Position numbers and translations under genes: made by a program
Shown here: positions 10,076 through 21,627 of the stretch, in pieces
Layout of the letters: each line of letters opens with the position of its first letter
Numbering within the stretch: position 1 is the stretch's first letter
Notes under the pieces: generated by a model
Database searches by the model: none
What the model saw: only the letters and a program-made list of their open reading frames with translations
Told to the model about the DNA's origin: nothing
Assembly (NCBI GenBank): GCA_963662625.1
Contig: OY759726.1
Coordinates: 1,312,001-1,376,000 of the forward strand
Length of the DNA stretch: 64,000 nt
Direction: 5' to 3'
Source of the DNA: Nitrosopumilus sp.
GTDB taxonomy: Archaea; Thermoproteota; Nitrososphaeria; Nitrososphaerales; Nitrosopumilaceae

Positions 10076-10183
10076 TCCACATTCGTGGTTCCCCGCCGTT
10101 AAAAAAATTAGCGCGGGGCCGCGCCCCCTCTCCCGGGGGCGTCCTAGTAAGCTTGATTAAGCCCGGGCCGCCCAAACCATCTG

Positions 10184-10369
10184 ATGGCCAGCTACACGGA
10201 TGAGGTAAACCGCATCCACGAGAGGTTCCAAAATGACGTGAAGGGCGCAAAGACCAAAAAGTCGCTGGACAAGGCGTACCGTGCCCACAAAAAAGACCAC
10301 AAGCGCATCCTCAAGAGGCACCTCAAGGAAGAGCAAGCGGCGGTCGCCGAGGCCAAGTCCGCGCTCTGA
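10184..10369 (+). CDS. Small basic helical hypothetical protein
   Basis: 61 aa Lys/His-rich ORF with coding-like AT content. Confidence 0.65.
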   Translation: MASYTDEVNRIHERFQNDVKGAKTKKSLDKAYRAHKKDHKRILKRHLKEEQAAVAEAKSAL

Positions 10370-10378
10370 CCTTGTTTT

Positions 10379-10636
10379 TTAATAGTATTCCCTGTGGACG
10401 TAGCACCACCTCCAAGGGTTCTCTTGGACCGCCACCATCACCGGGTGCCCTGTCTCCTCGTAGTGCTTCGTGGCGTGCGCGCCGACCGACGAGTCGCAGC
10501 ACCCCACGTGCCCGCACGTGAGGCACATCCGCAGGGCCACGAAAGGCAGGTGCTCCCTCTCGCACTCCTCGCACCCGGGGGTCCTCGGCAGGATCCCGCG
10601 TCTCTCGGATGAAAAGTGCTCGCATTTTTCCGCCAC
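10379..10636 (-). CDS. UBP-type zinc finger protein
   Basis: CEEC..LRMCLTCGHVGCCDSS..HATKHYEETGHP..WRWCY. Confidence 0.9.
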   Translation of the reverse strand: MAEKCEHFSSERRGILPRTPGCEECEREHLPFVALRMCLTCGHVGCCDSSVGAHATKHYEETGHPVMVAVQENPWRWCYVHREYY

Positions 10637-10824
10637 CGCGCCTGGGTATGGCCGGCGGCCCTTTAGTACCTTTTGCCGGGGCTAGTTTGCTGCGTGGCTC
10701 GGCACGGTTCGCGGGCAGTGGCCCGGATGTACCTACGCCCACGCCGCCTTCGCCAGCCGGTTGTACTGGGCCACCGGGCGCGGGCCGTGGCTCCTGAACC
10801 CGGGCCTGCAGCAAAAGCGGCGCG

Positions 10825-11229
10825 TCAGGACTGGTTCCAGCCGGCAATCACGTTGACCAGGTCAGTTGAGGTGACTATCCCGACGACCTCGTCCCCGTCG
10901 ACCACCGCGATCTTTCGGATCTTCTTAGTGGACATCACGGACGCCGCGTCGGCGATGGACATGTCCCGGTCTATCGTCTGCAGGGGGTACGACGCCACCC
11001 TGTCTGCCGGCGTGTCCGTCGGCAGGCTGTTCACCGCCACCTTGATTGCATAGTCGCGGTCGGTGACTATCCCCGTCGGCTTTGTGCCCTTCTTGATCAG
11101 GACCGCCCCAATCCCCTGCTCCATCATCTTCGCTATCTGGAAGATCGTCGTGGACGGGCTGGCCACTATGAGGTTTTTTGACATTATGTCGCTTACCCGG
11201 ATGTCAGAAAACGGCCTGTCCGAACCCAT
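10825..11229 (-). CDS. CBS-domain pair protein
   Basis: VSDIMS, GIVTDRD, VGIVTSTDL. Confidence 0.9.
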   Translation of the reverse strand: MGSDRPFSDIRVSDIMSKNLIVASPSTTIFQIAKMMEQGIGAVLIKKGTKPTGIVTDRDYAIKVAVNSLPTDTPADRVASYPLQTIDRDMSIADAASVMSTKKIRKIAVVDGDEVVGIVTSTDLVNVIAGWNQS

Positions 11230-11261
11230 GCCATTAGTGGCCCGTCTCTCTATTTAACTAA

Positions 11262-11747
11262 TTGTGGCCCGCCCGCCCCTGGGGGCCTGAGGATCCCCGG
11301 CCGCCCGGCATCCCGCACGGTGGATGCGAGGGCGCCGGCGCACCGCTCCCGCATGGCGTCCGGTTCGGGGCACGCCCCCCGTATCCTGGAGAGCACCCAC
11401 GCCGACGACGGTACGCGGCCCTGCGCATGGCGCACGGCGAGCGTCCCGGTGGCGCCAGACGCGCACGCGCGGTCCCTGCACATGGACACCAGAACGCGCA
11501 CGAAGTCGGCCATGCCGTACACGGCGTTGTGCCGGCCCGAGAACCCGATGCCCGCCCTCCCCGGCAGCCCGGGCAACATTTTAAACGCCTTGCCGGCCAC
11601 CCTGAGTCGGTGCCCCTGCGGTTCGTTTTGGTTGTACATGACGGATGACAGGGGCGCCTGATCCATTGGTTTTTCTGTCCAAAACGTTCCAGTGCCAGGT
11701 CAATACATGCTGGCCAACGCCCCACAGGGGTACATTTCGATCTACTG
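11262..11747 (-). mobile_element. Truncated ISH3/IS4-like element: left end plus degenerate transposase N-terminus
   Basis: Minus-strand ORF MYNQNEP..HNAVY..DFVRVLVSMC..RVPSSAWVL; terminus CAGTAGATCGAAATGTACCC (11747-11728) matches 47375-47394 at 17/20; lower boundary approximate. Confidence 0.5.
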
Positions 11748-11802
11748 GGGCCGGGTCTCTCAAAACAATAACAGTGAAATACCGAACGCGCCAACGCCAT
11801 GC

Positions 11803-12117
11803 ATGGCCTCCGTCCTGGTGATCCCGATAGTCGTAGTCGTGATAGTGGGCCTGCTGGGGTACCTGATTTACAGGTTCATGGTATACGACATGCTGTGCAA
11901 GAGAAACGTCGGCCGGATCCTGAAAAAATACAACATCACAAAGTCCCCCTCCCAGATCATACGGGAATACCACGAGAGCAGGGGCGAGCACCCCTCCCAC
12001 AAGGAGATCCAGTCCATGGAAAAAAACTACCGCCAGAACGAGCCGGACCAGTTCCTCGCAATGTACGACTCCATCCGGGACTATTCAAAGAACAAGGAAA
12101 AAGGCAGTGCCGCCTAG
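11803..12117 (+). CDS. Membrane-anchored hypothetical protein
   Basis: N-terminal TM then helical soluble domain; ATG at 11803. Confidence 0.75.
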   Translation: MASVLVIPIVVVVIVGLLGYLIYRFMVYDMLCKRNVGRILKKYNITKSPSQIIREYHESRGEHPSHKEIQSMEKNYRQNEPDQFLAMYDSIRDYSKNKEKGSAA

Positions 12118-12148
12118 GCAACTGGAACGCGTGCAAGCCGGGGCCTGA

Positions 12149-13012
12149 CTAGGGCGCCACTGGAATCTGGATGAACGGCGTTCCGCCATCGCCCACCACC
12201 AGCGGCAACTCGCCGTCCCACGCCTGCGTCTTCAGCCATTCCAGGTAGTTCGGGTTCTCGGCCAGCGCCTTGTTGATGATGGAGATCGCCTCGGCCTCTC
12301 CCTTGGCTTCGGCAATGTTTGCGTTTGCCACGCCTATGGCGTTGGCCTCCCTCTGCTTTGCCTCCACCTCTATCCTCCTCAGGTCGTTTTCAGCCTTGAG
12401 CGCCTTTTGTTCTGCCTCCACCTTGGCCTCGATTGCCTGCGCAAACAGCGGCGAAAACTCAAAATCTGTGATTGATATCACCTCGGTCACGACCTCGAAC
12501 TGGTTCAGCCTCTCCCTGATCGACGACTCGATGTCCTGCTTGACCAGCGGCCTCTTGGTGATCAGCTCCTCCGCGTTGTAGTTTGCCGTCACCTGCTTCA
12601 CGGTCTCCTCTATGGCGGGCTGGATCACCCTGTTCTCATAGTCCAGCCCCAGGTTCTTGTACAGCCTGTGGACGCTTTCCTTGTCAGGGTGGTAGTTGAC
12701 CGTGACGGTGGTCTCCACCGTCTGGAGGTCCTTTGACGCGCTCCTGGTCTCCTTTTCATACTTGAGCGTACGCACCTCGATGTCCACCACCTCGTCCTGG
12801 AACGGGACCACGAAATGCAACCCCTCGTCAAGCGGCGGATTGCTGAGGTCAACCGCGTTCCAGTGCAGCAGGACTCCCCGGTGCCCGGAATCCACGATCT
12901 TGACTGACGCGAACACCACCACGCCTATGATTATCAGGACGATGATGCCTATGGCCACGCCTTTTGCTATCCCGCTGTTGACTTGGACTTTGGGGTTCTG
13001 GTACCTTGACAA
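12149..13012 (-). CDS. Prohibitin/SPFH (band 7) family protein
   Basis: N-terminal TM, GHRGV, EGLHFVVP, SKDLQTV, AIEAKVEAEQ, WDGELP. Confidence 0.92.
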   Translation of the reverse strand: MSRYQNPKVQVNSGIAKGVAIGIIVLIIIGVVVFASVKIVDSGHRGVLLHWNAVDLSNPPLDEGLHFVVPFQDEVVDIEVRTLKYEKETRSASKDLQTVETTVTVNYHPDKESVHRLYKNLGLDYENRVIQPAIEETVKQVTANYNAEELITKRPLVKQDIESSIRERLNQFEVVTEVISITDFEFSPLFAQAIEAKVEAEQKALKAENDLRRIEVEAKQREANAIGVANANIAEAKGEAEAISIINKALAENPNYLEWLKTQAWDGELPLVVGDGGTPFIQIPVAP

Positions 13013-13282
13013 CTCACTGGCTTTTCCAGTTTCTCATTATTATACCATCCCAATTCCCCAGCTGAACGAAACGCGCCCATGATCCGGGCGCAACCCGGGG
13101 CTGGCGTCCGACTGCCAGCCTTATTATATATATAAATACATGTCAACCACTTACCAAGTGACTCATTTCATGTTATGTAGAAACAATGATCTCGGACACA
13201 CTGCTGGCAAGGCGCATGCTCAGGTAGCCTTACCTGCGCCTTATCCGTGCATTTGCCCGCATGCCATGGGGGCGTACAAGCA

Positions 13283-16200
13283 ATGCTGAAAGCCCCGCCG
13301 TGCGTTGTAATCGCCATAATGGTGGCCGCAGTCACCGCGTCGTCCGCGGTGCTGGTCGCGGCGGGAGCCGACGCCGCGTACGCCGACCACGCCGACCCCG
13401 TCTCGCTCTCGTCCACGGTGAAGATCGACGGAGTCGCCATCAGCGGGGGCGCCTTCAGCTCCGACAGCAGCTTTGGGGCCAACGTGGCGGGCATCGGCGA
13501 CCTCGACGGCGACGGCACCGCCGACGTCGCGGTAGGCGCGCCGGGCGCCTCGTCCTGCAGGACGTGCACGGGCGAGGCGTACGTCCTGTTCATGAACCCG
13601 GATCTCACCGTAAGGGCAGCCGCCACCGTCAACGGCGATACCCCCAACGGCCCGTCCCTGTCCGCGGGCGACCGCTTCGGCTCGTCCGTGGCGGGCATCG
13701 GCGACCTCGACGGCGACGGCACGGCCGACATCGCCGTCGGCGCGGCGGGCCACGTGAGCGGCGGCGCCGGCGCGGGCGACCTGCACATACTGTTCATGAA
13801 TTCGGACGGCACGGTAAAGCGCACCGCCGAGATAGGCTCCCAGACCCCCAACGGCCCCGCGCTGGCCGCCGACGACAAGTTCGGCGAGTCCGTCACGAGC
13901 CTCGGCGACCTGGACGGCGACGGCGTCACCGACATAGCCGCCGGAGCGCCGGGCCACTACCAGGACGACGTCGGCGCCGGCAGCGTGTACGTAATGTTCC
14001 TCAGGCCCGACGGGACGGTGAAGCGCACGGCGGAGATCGGCAACGGGACCCCCAACGTCCCCGCGCTCCCGGCAAGCGGCAACTTCGGCGAGGCCGCGGC
14101 GGCCCTGGGCGACCTGGACGGCGACGGCTCCCTGGAAGTGGCGGTGGGGGCCCCCGGGGACGCCGCCGGCGCCGCCGACACGGGCGGCGTGTACCTCGTG
14201 TCCGTCAACCCCGACGGCACCGTGAAGCGCGCGGCCGCCGTCGGCGGCGGCGCGCCAAACGCCCCCGCGCTGGCGGGAGGCGCCCACTTCGGCGCGTCCG
14301 TGGCCGGCCTCGGCGACCTCGACGGCGACGGCACCGCCGACGTCGCCGTCGGCGCGCCGGGCGTGTTCCTCAGGTCCGCGTACCCGGGCCAGGTGCACGT
14401 CCTGTTCCTGAACCCCGACGGCACCGTGAAGCGCGCGGCCGCCGTCGGCGGCGACACCCCCAACGGCCCGTCCCTGGACGCGGGCGACCACTTTGGGTGG
14501 TCCGTGGCGAGCCTGGGGGACCTGGACTCCGACGGCTACGTGGAACTGGCGGCCGGGACGTACGGCGACGACACCATCCACGTGATGTCCGTGGGCGGGG
14601 ATGCCGGGAGCCCGGTAAAGCGCACGGGCGAGATCCAGGGGAGGGACGTCGTTCCCCCGCTGGTGGAAAACGATTACTTTGGGTGGTCGGTGGACGGCAT
14701 CGGCGACCTGGACTCAGACGGGGTCCCCGACGTCGCAGTCGGCGCTCCCGGGCGCAACGTCGGGGGGTCGGACACGGGCGAGGCGTACGTCCTGTTCATG
14801 AACCCCGACGGGACGGTCAGGGACCAGGCGAGGATCGACGGCGGCACGCCAAACGGCCCGTCCCTGGCCGCGGGCGACCGCTTCGGCTCGTCCGTGGCGG
14901 GCATCGGCGACCTCGACGGCGACGGCACGGCCGACATGGCCGCGGGATCCCCGGGGCACGTCCTGGGGGGCTCCGGCACGGGCTACCTTTCAGTCATGTT
15001 CCTGAACCCCGACGGCACCGTGAGGGACACGGCCAGGATCGACGGCGGCACGCCCAACGCCCCGTCCCTGGCCGCGGACGCCCGCTTCGGCGAGTCCGCG
15101 TCGGGGATCGGCGACCTCGACGGCGACGGGGTCCCCGACGTCGCAGTCGGCGCGCCGGGGCACGCCACCCGCGGCTCCGGCACGGGCGACGTGCACGTGC
15201 TGTTCATGAACCCGGACGGCACCGTGAAGCGCGCCGCGACGGTCAACGCCGGCTCCCAGAACGGCCCCGCGCTGGAGCCCGGCGCCCGCTTTGGGTGGTC
15301 GGTCGCGGGGATCGGCGACCTGGACTCCGACGGGGTCCCCGACGTCGCAGTCGGCGCGCCGGGGCACGCCACCCGCGGCACCGGCACGGGCGGCGTGCAC
15401 GTGCTGTTCATGAACCCGGACGGCACCGTGAAGCGCGCCGCCCAGGTCGACGGGACGGCCCCCAACGGCCCGTCCCTGGCCGCGGGCGACCGCTTCGGCG
15501 CCGCCGTCAGCGGCATAGGCGACCTGGACTCCGACGGCGTCACCGACGTCGCCGTCGGCGCGCCGGGCCCCGTCATAGGGCAGCCCGGCAGGGAATCCCT
15601 GTTCGTGCTGCTCATGAACCCCGACGGGACGGTAAAGCGCACGTCCGAGATGGGCTCCGGGACGCCAAACGGCCCGTCCCTGACGGCGGGCGACCGCTTC
15701 GGCGCCGCCGTCAGCGGCATAGGCGACCTCGACGGCGACGGCAACGTGGAGGTCGCGGTGGCGGCGCCGGCATCGGCATCCGTGTACGTCGCGTACACGT
15801 CCGCGGCACACGCCTACGGCCACCCGGTATCCCTCCTGTCCACGGTAGAGATCGACGGCGTGGCCATCAGTGGCAGCGTCCTCAGCGCGGACCTTTCCTT
15901 TGGATCCTCGGTAGCCGGAGTAGGCGACCTCGACGGCGACGGCGTGGCGGACATCGCCGTCGGCGCGTCAGGCGTCACTGGCTGCACCTGCACGGGCGAG
16001 ATATACGTGCTATTCATGAACGCCGACGGCACGGTAAAGCGCACCGCCGAGATCGACTCCGGGACGCCCAACGTCCCCGCGCTGATCCCCGGTGACCGCT
16101 TCGGCATTTCAGTGGCAAGCCTCGGCGACCTCGACTCCGACGGCGTCACCGACATCGCGGTAGGCGCCTCGGGGCACGCCCTTGGCGGCGTCACCACGGG

Positions 16201-19200
16201 AGACCTGTACGTACTGTTCCTCAATTCCGACGGAACCGTAAAGCGCGCCGCCGAGGTAAACGGGACGGTTCCCAACGGCCCCGCGCTGGCCGCCAATGAC
16301 AAGTTTGCCGAGTCGGTGGCAAGCCTCGGCGACCTCGACGGCGACGGCGTGGTGGACATCGCGGCGGGCGCGCCGGGCCACACGCTTGGCGGCGCCGATG
16401 CGGGAGACCTGTACGTCATGTTCATGAATTCAGACGGCACCGTGAAACGCACCGTCGAGATCAACGGCCAGACGCCCAACGGCCCGGCAGTCTCGGAAGG
16501 CGACCGCTTCGGCCAGTCCGTGGCAAACATCGGCGACCTCGACGGCGACGGCACCGCCGACATCGCCGTCGGCGCGACAGGGCCGCCCGACAGCGCTGCC
16601 ACCGGCGGCCTGTTCGTCATGCTCATGAACGCCGACGGCACCGTGAAACGCACCGCCGAGATCAACGGCCAGACGCCCAACGGCCCGGCAGTCTCGGAAG
16701 GCGACCGCTTCGGCCAGTCCGTGGCAAACATCGGCGACCTCGACGGCGACGGCACCGCCGACATCGCCGTCGGCGCGACAGGGCCGCCCGACAGCGCTGC
16801 CACCGGCGGCCTGTTCGTCATGCTCATGAACGCCGACGGCACGGTAAAGGACACCACCAGGATCGACGGCGACGCCCCAAACGGCCCCTCGTTGAGTCCG
16901 GGCGACCGCTTTGGCTGGTCCGTTGGAAGCATAGGCGACCTCGACGGGGACGGGATGGGCGACATGGCAGTCGGCACGTCCGGCAATGACACGTTGCACA
17001 TATTATTCGCGGGCAGTTCGGGAGCCCTGAATGCCACGGCCGAGATCCAGGGCAGGGACGCCGTGTCCCTCCTGACAAAAGGCACCTACTTTGGGTGGTC
17101 TGCCGAGAACATCGGCGACCTCGACGGCGACGGCACCGCCGACGTCGCCGTGGGCGCGCCGGGACACATCCGGGACGACGCGGCCACCGGGGAACTGTAC
17201 GTCATGTTCATGAATTCAGACGGCACGGCCAGGAGCACGGCGGTGATCAACGGCCAGACGCCCAACGGCCCGGCGCTGGCAGGGGGAGACCGCTTCGGCT
17301 CCTCCGTGGCGGGCATCGGCGACCTCGACGGCGACGGCGTCACCGACATCGCGGTAGGCGCCACGGGACACGCCCTTGCCGGCGTCACCACCGGGGACCT
17401 GTACGTCATGTTCATGAATTCCGACGGCACGGTCAAGCGCACGACCGAGGTCAACGGGACGGTTCCCAACGGGCCGTCCCTCTCCCAAGCCGACAGGTTC
17501 GGAGACTCCGTGGCGAACCTCGGCGACCTCGACGGCGACGGCGTGGCGGACATCGCGGCGGGCGCGCCGGGCCGCTTCCTTGGCGGTGCGGCCACGGGCG
17601 ACCTCCACGTCCTGTTCATGAACCAGGACGGCACCGTAAAGCGCGCCGTCGAGATCAACGATGAGAAGCCCAACGTCCTTGCCATGGCCGAGGGCGGCCG
17701 CTTCGGCTCCTCCGTGGCGAACCTCGGCGACCTCGACGGCGACGGCACCGCGGACGTCGCCGTCGGCGCGCCGGGACGCGTCTTCGACAGGTCCAACACG
17801 GGCAGCCTCTACGTCATCTTCCTCAACCCCGACGGCACCGCAAAGCGCACCGTCGAGATCGACTCCGACATGCCCAACGTGCCAGCACTGGCACCAAGCG
17901 ACCATTTCGGAACCTCCGTGACGGGCCTCGGGGACGTCGACGGCAACGGCACGGTAGACATCGCGGTATCCGCCCCGTCCGGCCGCGTTGCAGGCACCGA
18001 CGTGGGCAACATCTACGTCATGTTCCTCGCCCCGGACGGCACGGTAAACCGTACCGCGGAGATCAACGCCACGACCCCCAACGGCCCGGCACTGGCCGGG
18101 GGAGAGCGCTTCGGCACGTCGGTGGCCAGCCTCGGCGACCTCGACGGCGACGGCGGCGTGGACCTGGTGGCCGGTGCCCCGCTCTCGTCCTCGGCATACG
18201 TGATGTACTCCACCACCACCCAGGCCGACTTCGTCACCACCTGGGAGACGAAGCGCCCCGGCGAGTCCGTCAGGATCCCCGTCGGCGGCGCCACGGGCAC
18301 CTACACGGTCGACTGGGGCGACGGCGCCTCCACCATGGAGACGGGCGACGCCGCGCACGCGTACGACGCCCCCGGCACGTACCAGGTCAGGATATCTGGC
18401 GACTTTACCAGGATCTACCTGGGAGGCGACCCTGGCAATGCGGCCAAACTGAGCTCCATCGACCAGTGGGGCGCCATCCAATGGGACACGATGGAGTCGG
18501 CGTTCACGAAAGCATCCAACATGGTGTACAACGCAATGGACGCTCCCGACCTCTCGATGGTCACCGACACGTCAAGCATGTTCGCGTTTGCATCCTCCTT
18601 CAACCAGTCCCTCAACTCCTGGGACGTCTCAAGCGTCACCGACATGTCAAACATGTTCGAAAGCGCCTCGACCTTCAACGGGGACATTTCCTCCTGGGAC
18701 GTCTCGTCCGTCACCGACATGTCGGGCATGTTCGTCCAGACCCCGTTCAACCAGCCCATCGGCTCCTGGGACACGTCCAGCGCCACCGACATGTCATACA
18801 TGTTCACCGTCGCCCGGTCCTTCAACCAGCCCATCGGCTCCTGGGACGTCTCGAGCGTCACCAACATGAGGGGCATATTCACCCATTCGGCCTCGTTCAA
18901 CCAGCCCATCGGCTCCTGGGACACGTCCAGCGTCACCGACATGTCCTTCATGTTCACCGTCGCCCGGTCCTTCAACCAGCCCATCGGCTCCTGGGACACG
19001 TCCAGCGTCACCGACATGTTCCACACGTTCAACGCGGCATCCTCCTTCAACCAGCCCATCGGCTCCTGGGACGTCTCGTCCGTGACCGACACGTCATCCA
19101 TGTTCGCGTTTGCATCCTCCTTCAACCAGCCCATCGGCTCCTGGGACGTCTCGTCCGTAGTCAACGCGTCGGACATGTTCGAGGGCGCCTCCTCCTTCAA

Positions 19201-20293
19201 CCAGCCCATCGGCTCCTGGGACACGTCCAGCGTCACCGACATGTCAGAGATGTTCGAGGGCGCCTCCTCCTTCAACCAGCCCATCGGCTCCTGGGACGTC
19301 TCGAGCGTCACCGACATGGTCCGCATGTTCCACTTTGCCTCCTCCTTCGACCAGAACCTCGGCGACTGGTACGTCGTGCCTGCCGACGCCCGGGTGAACA
19401 GCGGCAGCACCATGGTCACCACCATCGCTACGCAGAACCCCTACCTTGACGGGCAGAACCCCGCATACAGGGTCGCGGCGGGAGGCGACGGGGACATGTT
19501 CGAAGTGTGCGGCAACATCCTCAAATCCACGTCCCCCGCGTACTCCAAGCCCTCGTACGACATCACCATCGTGTCCACCGGCGGCTTCTCCCCGCCCAAC
19601 TCAAGCGACATGACGGTCACCGTGGGCGGCGACACCGGCAGCGACACAGCCATGATCCGGGGAACCGTCTTTACCGACTCCAACGGCAACGGGATCCGGG
19701 ATCCCGGCGAGTTCGGGATCCCAGGATACACGATGTACGCCATAGGCCTTACAAACCCGCAGGTCGTCCTCGAGGCGGTCACGTGTTCCGACGGCACGTA
19801 CGCGTTCGAGGGCCTCGCCCCGTCCGAGACGGCGCTGGTACAGACCACGTACTTCCCGTTTGACCACACCATCACCACCGGCCCGTTCTACGCTTACGTG
19901 GAGCCTGCCATGGGCACGCCCGCCACGTTTGACGTGGGATTCCGCCCCGTGGCGCCGTCGGAGACCGTGACGCTTGACGTCGTCGCGTACCAGGATAACA
20001 ACGCAAACGGCACGCTTGACCAGGGCGAGGCGGCAATACCGGGCGTCACGGTGACCGTCTACACGTACACCACGAACGAGCTGGACGCGGTGACCACTGG
20101 CACGGGCGGCACCGCAAGCAAGGCCGGCATCGCCCCGGCGGACTTTCTGGCGCAGGTCGTCCTCCCGCAGGGATACGCCCGGGCGACGTCGCCCGTGGAA
20201 CCGGCGTCCGGCACCCCCGGCGCGCTCGTCGTGGCCAACCCAGAACCTGGATCCACCGTCCAGATGCTGATCGGCCTGGTCCCCGGCCAGTAA
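13283..20293 (+). CDS. Giant secreted repeat protein: 24 FG-GAP repeats, PKD, 11 DUF285/BspA-like repeats, cadherin-like domain, 2 SdrD-B-like domains
   Basis: Signal peptide; repeated [20 protein letters not shown]; YTVDWGDG; [17 protein letters not shown]; [17 protein letters not shown]. Confidence 0.9.
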   Translation: MLKAPPCVVIAIMVAAVTASSAVLVAAGADAAYADHADPVSLSSTVKIDGVAISGGAFSSDSSFGANVAGIGDLDGDGTADVAVGAPGASSCRTCTGEAYVLFMNPDLTVRAAATVNGDTPNGPSLSAGDRFGSSVAGIGDLDGDGTADIAVGAAGHVSGGAGAGDLHILFMNSDGTVKRTAEIGSQTPNGPALAADDKFGESVTSLGDLDGDGVTDIAAGAPGHYQDDVGAGSVYVMFLRPDGTVKRTAEIGNGTPNVPALPASGNFGEAAAALGDLDGDGSLEVAVGAPGDAAGAADTGGVYLVSVNPDGTVKRAAAVGGGAPNAPALAGGAHFGASVAGLGDLDGDGTADVAVGAPGVFLRSAYPGQVHVLFLNPDGTVKRAAAVGGDTPNGPSLDAGDHFGWSVASLGDLDSDGYVELAAGTYGDDTIHVMSVGGDAGSPVKRTGEIQGRDVVPPLVENDYFGWSVDGIGDLDSDGVPDVAVGAPGRNVGGSDTGEAYVLFMNPDGTVRDQARIDGGTPNGPSLAAGDRFGSSVAGIGDLDGDGTADMAAGSPGHVLGGSGTGYLSVMFLNPDGTVRDTARIDGGTPNAPSLAADARFGESASGIGDLDGDGVPDVAVGAPGHATRGSGTGDVHVLFMNPDGTVKRAATVNAGSQNGPALEPGARFGWSVAGIGDLDSDGVPDVAVGAPGHATRGTGTGGVHVLFMNPDGTVKRAAQVDGTAPNGPSLAAGDRFGAAVSGIGDLDSDGVTDVAVGAPGPVIGQPGRESLFVLLMNPDGTVKRTSEMGSGTPNGPSLTAGDRFGAAVSGIGDLDGDGNVEVAVAAPASASVYVAYTSAAHAYGHPVSLLSTVEIDGVAISGSVLSADLSFGSSVAGVGDLDGDGVADIAVGASGVTGCTCTGEIYVLFMNADGTVKRTAEIDSGTPNVPALIPGDRFGISVASLGDLDSDGVTDIAVGASGHALGGVTTGDLYVLFLNSDGTVKRAAEVNGTVPNGPALAANDKFAESVASLGDLDGDGVVDIAAGAPGHTLGGADAGDLYVMFMNSDGTVKRTVEINGQTPNGPAVSEGDRFGQSVANIGDLDGDGTADIAVGATGPPDSAATGGLFVMLMNADGTVKRTAEINGQTPNGPAVSEGDRFGQSVANIGDLDGDGTADIAVGATGPPDSAATGGLFVMLMNADGTVKDTTRIDGDAPNGPSLSPGDRFGWSVGSIGDLDGDGMGDMAVGTSGNDTLHILFAGSSGALNATAEIQGRDAVSLLTKGTYFGWSAENIGDLDGDGTADVAVGAPGHIRDDAATGELYVMFMNSDGTARSTAVINGQTPNGPALAGGDRFGSSVAGIGDLDGDGVTDIAVGATGHALAGVTTGDLYVMFMNSDGTVKRTTEVNGTVPNGPSLSQADRFGDSVANLGDLDGDGVADIAAGAPGRFLGGAATGDLHVLFMNQDGTVKRAVEINDEKPNVLAMAEGGRFGSSVANLGDLDGDGTADVAVGAPGRVFDRSNTGSLYVIFLNPDGTAKRTVEIDSDMPNVPALAPSDHFGTSVTGLGDVDGNGTVDIAVSAPSGRVAGTDVGNIYVMFLAPDGTVNRTAEINATTPNGPALAGGERFGTSVASLGDLDGDGGVDLVAGAPLSSSAYVMYSTTTQADFVTTWETKRPGESVRIPVGGATGTYTVDWGDGASTMETGDAAHAYDAPGTYQVRISGDFTRIYLGGDPGNAAKLSSIDQWGAIQWDTMESAFTKASNMVYNAMDAPDLSMVTDTSSMFAFASSFNQSLNSWDVSSVTDMSNMFESASTFNGDISSWDVSSVTDMSGMFVQTPFNQPIGSWDTSSATDMSYMFTVARSFNQPIGSWDVSSVTNMRGIFTHSASFNQPIGSWDTSSVTDMSFMFTVARSFNQPIGSWDTSSVTDMFHTFNAASSFNQPIGSWDVSSVTDTSSMFAFASSFNQPIGSWDVSSVVNASDMFEGASSFNQPIGSWDTSSVTDMSEMFEGASSFNQPIGSWDVSSVTDMVRMFHFASSFDQNLGDWYVVPADARVNSGSTMVTTIATQNPYLDGQNPAYRVAAGGDGDMFEVCGNILKSTSPAYSKPSYDITIVSTGGFSPPNSSDMTVTVGGDTGSDTAMIRGTVFTDSNGNGIRDPGEFGIPGYTMYAIGLTNPQVVLEAVTCSDGTYAFEGLAPSETALVQTTYFPFDHTITTGPFYAYVEPAMGTPATFDVGFRPVAPSETVTLDVVAYQDNNANGTLDQGEAAIPGVTVTVYTYTTNELDAVTTGTGGTASKAGIAPADFLAQVVLPQGYARATSPVEPASGTPGALVVANPEPGSTVQMLIGLVPGQ
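16433..16842 (+). repeat. Near-perfect 201-bp tandem duplication of one FG-GAP blade
   Basis: Copies start at 16433 and 16634; only one mismatch seen (GTC/GCC). Confidence 0.9.
18746..19297 (+). repeat. 75-bp-period coding repeat array with invariant 27-bp core
   Basis: TTCAACCAGCCCATCGGCTCCTGGGAC occurs 8 times at 75-bp spacing (18746 to 19271). Confidence 0.9.
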
Positions 20294-20402
20294 GCCCGGT
20301 GCCTGCGTTTCGCGCGACCCGCTCCCGGGACGGCGCGATTCCAACCCGGAACAGCCCGCAAGGGCGCCCGGGATCGAGCCAGACCGTCCTTGATATGTTT
20401 AT

Positions 20403-20663
20403 TTGTGGGTGCTTCCGACGTATCCCATGCACGATGATGAGCCTGACACGTTCGTCCTGCAGTCGTGGCCTGAAAAATTCAGCGGCATGCTGAAGGGGAT
20501 CGGAGTAGACTCCAAGCCGAAGCAGAGGGGATCGGACGAGGCAGAGAAGGGCGACTATTACAGCCGGTACTTCGCCCACACGGCAAGGATGATCACCAAC
20601 CACGGCTGCCTCGACGTAGAGAATTCTAACATCGATGTCATACAAATAATCCAGAAGGGATAG
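20403..20663 (+). CDS. Hypothetical protein
   Basis: Coding-like ORF 3 nt upstream of the next gene; start uncertain. Confidence 0.65.
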   Translation: MWVLPTYPMHDDEPDTFVLQSWPEKFSGMLKGIGVDSKPKQRGSDEAEKGDYYSRYFAHTARMITNHGCLDVENSNIDVIQIIQKG

Positions 20664-20666
20664 CAG

Positions 20667-21044
20667 ATGCAGGATCCGAACCCGATGCCATGGGGCGCGC
20701 TAGACAGGTACCAGGCCCATTTCATAGTCAGGCGCGACGCGGGAGCCGCGGTCGGCGACTACCTCGCAAAGACGAGGCTTTCCACGCGGGGGCATTTCGC
20801 AGCAAAGACGGTCGTCAAGGTGGAATGGGATGGCCCGGGCCGCCTGGCGGCCAGGCTGAACGGGGACGACGAGCTCAACTCAATGATCGCGCGGCAGCCC
20901 TACCGTGACGCGACGATCTACGTGGAGCCGACCGACGGCGCGGTGAGGATCCGCAACAAGTGGAAGAACCACCTGGACTTCGGGATCACGAGGGATCTCT
21001 TTGACATTTACGACCGGATCGCGGGCCACGTAAGGCAGGTCTAG
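20667..21044 (+). CDS. Hypothetical protein
   Basis: Coding-like ORF in a two-gene unit, converging on endA. Confidence 0.7.
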   Translation: MQDPNPMPWGALDRYQAHFIVRRDAGAAVGDYLAKTRLSTRGHFAAKTVVKVEWDGPGRLAARLNGDDELNSMIARQPYRDATIYVEPTDGAVRIRNKWKNHLDFGITRDLFDIYDRIAGHVRQV

Positions 21045-21583
21045 GCCTTCCACCAGTCCAGCGCCAAAAAGTCCACCCTTCCACGCCCCCTGACCACGGC
21101 CAGTATGAACTGCTTCCGGACGGTGGTGGCAAGCCTTCCAGCGAGGACTATCCCAGTGGCGGTGATCGGCTCTCCCCTGCCGTACACCTGGACCAGGTAC
21201 GGGGCGTGGTCGATCCCCGGGCCCCTCTCGTACACCGCAAAGTCGCACCCGAACTTTATGCCCGGGGTCACGACGTACCCCTTGGACCTGAAGCTCTTGT
21301 AGACCGGGTATTTCTTGTCAAAGCCGTGGTATTCCCTCTCGCATATGCCCGTCATCTCGTCCACGGACACCCTGCTCCTCGCCCTGGAGACCGAGATCTC
21401 CCCGTTCTCCAGCAGGTACAGCCCCTCCATGAGATCCAGCACCAGCGGCGCGTCTATCTCCTCTGGCTTTGGCTTTGGGATGCCTATGGGCTTCCCGTAG
21501 TAGCCCCTGCCGAAGAGCTTCCTCGCGTCGCCTATGTCCCACATTATTATCCTGTCCTCGATCAGCTCTCCCTTCATGCCCAC
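21041..21583 (-). CDS. endA: tRNA-splicing endonuclease, catalytic subunit
   Basis: YYGKPIG, LDLMEGLYL, GYVVTPGIKFGCDFAVYERGPGIDHAPYLV, GRLATTVRK. Confidence 0.92.
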   Translation of the reverse strand: MGMKGELIEDRIIMWDIGDARKLFGRGYYGKPIGIPKPKPEEIDAPLVLDLMEGLYLLENGEISVSRARSRVSVDEMTGICEREYHGFDKKYPVYKSFRSKGYVVTPGIKFGCDFAVYERGPGIDHAPYLVQVYGRGEPITATGIVLAGRLATTVRKQFILAVVRGRGRVDFLALDWWKA

Positions 21584-21627
21584 GTGAAGGCCGCCCGGAC
21601 ATATGAATTATGGAGGGCCGCCGCCGG

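Noticed and set aside
18746-19297. CRISPR-like pattern (27-bp repeat, 48-bp spacers)
   Set aside because: The period is exactly 25 codons inside an open CDS, the spacers are homologous to each other, and no cas genes or leader are present. It is a DUF285 coding repeat.
13241-20344. Long antisense and alternate-frame ORFs over the giant gene (e.g. 944 aa at 13261)
   Set aside because: These are shadow ORFs from high GC and repeat structure, with Arg/Pro/Gly-rich non-protein-like composition. The same applies to most overlapping ORFs in the track.
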